This document shows, in pieces, positions 62,660-64,000 of a stretch of 64,000 nucleotides of DNA (its first letter is position 1; the number at the start of each line of letters is the position of its first letter). Source of the stretch: Pseudomonadota bacterium. Lineage in GTDB: Bacteria; Myxococcota_A; UBA9160; JADFDR01. Under the pieces are notes generated by a model. It was not told where the DNA came from. It made no database searches and saw nothing but the letters and a program-made list of their open reading frames with translations. The DNA is taken from positions 12,283-76,282 of the forward strand of contig PIVT01000004.1 of NCBI GenBank assembly GCA_003353845.1, written 5' to 3'. The position numbers and the translations under genes are program-made.

Positions 62660-63766
62660 ATGACGCCAGCAAAAAGCCCCGCGACGAAGAAAACCACACA
62701 GAAACCACCGGCCAAGAAGAAAGGCTCCGCTAGAAAGGCCCGCTCGGGAACCGGGGCCTCTGCGTCTCCCAAGAAGGCCAAGGCATCCGCTGCCCCCAAG
62801 AAAGCGACGGGGGCAAATGGAGCAAAACGCCGGGGTACTAAAGGAGAGGGGCTGTATAGAGGCGAGATTATACTGGCATTGAAATATGAGCACCGATACA
62901 TGAACCGTGTATTTGATGCTTTCAAGGAGCAGCTGGAAATCATGGATGATGGCGGCCATGCTGATTTTGAGCTGATGGCTGATGTGATTCGGTACATGTG
63001 TCGTTTTCCCGACAAGTCGCACCACCCGCGCGAGGACGTGGTTTTCCGAAAACTCATGGAGCGAGACGAAGACTTGCGCAGTGACATCGAAGCGGTCTTT
63101 GTTCAGCATGAGACGCTTGCTCAAAAAGGCCACGCACTTCTGAAGAGTCTGGATGAGATCTCGAAAGACCAAAGTGTTGAACAACAGAAGAGCCTTCGAT
63201 TCCGTTGCGCGGATTACCAAGAAATCTATGAGAAGCACATGGATTTCGAGGAGGTAAAATTATTCCCGCTATTGGAGACCGTGTTAAGGGATGAAGATTG
63301 GGATGATATTTCCAAGAACCTGAACGTTGAACGACACCCGATGCCGGAAAAGCGTGTTGGCAAGCAATACCGCGCCTTGAATGAGTATTTATCAGATCAG
63401 TTTGAGCACGTGGCGGATGAGTTTACTTTGATCAAATATTTTGGCGTCGGTGCGTTCGTTGAAAATATCGGCACTTTTCTCACCAGCGCTTCTGAAATAA
63501 AATCGGTTGTGAATCGTCAATCTCAAAAGGCCTTCCGCGGTAACTCGCGCGCGTATAAGCGTTTGCGACAGCGAAAAGTGGCGGCCCAGGATTTTGTCGC
63601 AGTTCCAGTGGATTGTTTTCTGGATAACTTTGATATTTACAATGAAAGTATGAAGGAGATCGGGGGGATCTTGCGCAAGGCGAGGCGGCGAGTTGCTGAG
63701 CCCTATGTCTCTCGAATGGAGATTTTCCACGACATGGAACAAGGTAGGCACTCTTCGGAAGAGTGA
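62660..63766 (+). CDS. hemerythrin (HHE cation-binding) domain protein with a histone-H1-like Lys/Ala/Pro N-terminal tail
   Basis: The tail is TPAKSPATKKTTQKPPAKKKGSARKARSGTGASASPKKAKASAAPKKATGANGAKRRG. It is followed by H/E-rich helices (KSHHPREDVVFRKL, HETLAQKGH, HMDFEEVKLFPLLE). Confidence 0.7.
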   Translation: MTPAKSPATKKTTQKPPAKKKGSARKARSGTGASASPKKAKASAAPKKATGANGAKRRGTKGEGLYRGEIILALKYEHRYMNRVFDAFKEQLEIMDDGGHADFELMADVIRYMCRFPDKSHHPREDVVFRKLMERDEDLRSDIEAVFVQHETLAQKGHALLKSLDEISKDQSVEQQKSLRFRCADYQEIYEKHMDFEEVKLFPLLETVLRDEDWDDISKNLNVERHPMPEKRVGKQYRALNEYLSDQFEHVADEFTLIKYFGVGAFVENIGTFLTSASEIKSVVNRQSQKAFRGNSRAYKRLRQRKVAAQDFVAVPVDCFLDNFDIYNESMKEIGGILRKARRRVAEPYVSRMEIFHDMEQGRHSSEE

Positions 63767-63839
63767 TGGGTAGCCGTCGATCTTGATCGGAATTAGATGT
63801 TAAGAATGGTTAGCAGCAGAGAGAAACTGGAGTAGAAGA

Positions 63840-64000
63840 ATGGAAGGGGCTATCCACAAACCATCGGTGGTCTCATCGATGTTGGAGCTGAGAGCGCCTT
63901 TCGAGGCGATCTCGCTGATCCCCGTGTTGCCTTTCTTGCAGCATGCACCCCGCGGAGAAGGGCAACCCGTCATCGTTTTCCCTGGATTTCTGGCGGGAGA
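63840..64000 (+). CDS. probable alpha/beta hydrolase, N-terminal fragment (continues beyond the window)
   Basis: ATG lies 7 nt after GGAG and the frame is open to the window end. It reads MEGAIHKPSVVSSMLELRAPFEAISLIPVLPFLQHAPRGEGQPVIVFPGFLAG. The PVIVFPGF segment is typical of the first strand and oxyanion region of alpha/beta hydrolases. Confidence 0.4.
   Translation, partial: MEGAIHKPSVVSSMLELRAPFEAISLIPVLPFLQHAPRGEGQPVIVFPGFLAG

Noticed and set aside
62453-63238. 261-aa minus-strand ORF overlapping the phasin-hemerythrin spacer and the hemerythrin 5' half
   Set aside because: It is antisense to the hemerythrin gene, with low-complexity Leu/Ser/Phe/Arg composition. It would also run through the divergent promoter region.
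1-64000. Search for tRNA, rRNA, integrase, phage, toxin-antitoxin, restriction-modification or known defence-system genes
   Set aside because: No cloverleaf-like tRNA signatures, rRNA segments, or nuclease, helicase, methylase or integrase motifs were recognised by eye. The only mobile-DNA traces are the MITE-like palindrome and the 30-codon transposase relic.

Overview
Densely coding 64-kb chromosomal segment (about 60 genes) from a Gram-negative-type bacterium, inferred from a lipobox lipoprotein, a Tat signal peptide and a PEP-CTERM sorting signal. GC content looks moderate by eye and was not computed. I found no rRNA, tRNA, CRISPR array, prophage or recognisable defence system. The dominant theme is lipid metabolism in three blocks. 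(1) 13.4-19.4 kb: two convergent modules, each pairing a wax-ester synthase/DGAT (WS/DGAT) with a class-C beta-lactamase-fold serine hydrolase, plus an alpha/beta hydrolase. (2) 34.5-47.6 kb and 52.4-59.6 kb: a CoA-dependent catabolic supercluster. It has CoA-transferase A/B, nitronate-monooxygenase-type flavoenzyme and crotonase (the same four gene families as actinobacterial ipdA-ipdB-ipdC-echA20), a translationally coupled acyl-CoA dehydrogenase pair, DUF35 plus an SCP-x-type thiolase, an MFE-2-type SDR, a MaoC hydratase, further ACADs, SDRs and thiolases, and acyl-CoA synthetases. This resembles steroid ring-C/D or other alicyclic/branched acyl-CoA degradation, but no ring oxygenases lie in the window. 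(3) 59.8-63.8 kb: a third WS/DGAT next to a PhaD-like TetR regulator, a PhaF/PhaI-like phasin and a hemerythrin. Three of these four proteins carry polybasic low-complexity tails. I consider this pha-locus-like neutral-lipid-body module the best candidate for an undescribed system. Other content: cti fragment, MscS channel, GT39/TPR and Sel1 proteins, an orphan PEP-CTERM protein behind a 0.94-kb non-coding leader, ttcA, a GT2 + GH38 pair, a di-PilZ protein, a Tat-dependent two-subunit GMC dehydrogenase, a YbjQ/YbjQ/M48 triad, a decayed SDR coupled to a sensor-less hybrid histidine kinase, a MITE-like palindrome, and a GC-rich acyl-CoA synthetase gene abutting a DDE-transposase relic. All homology calls come from motif recognition by eye; no database search was run.
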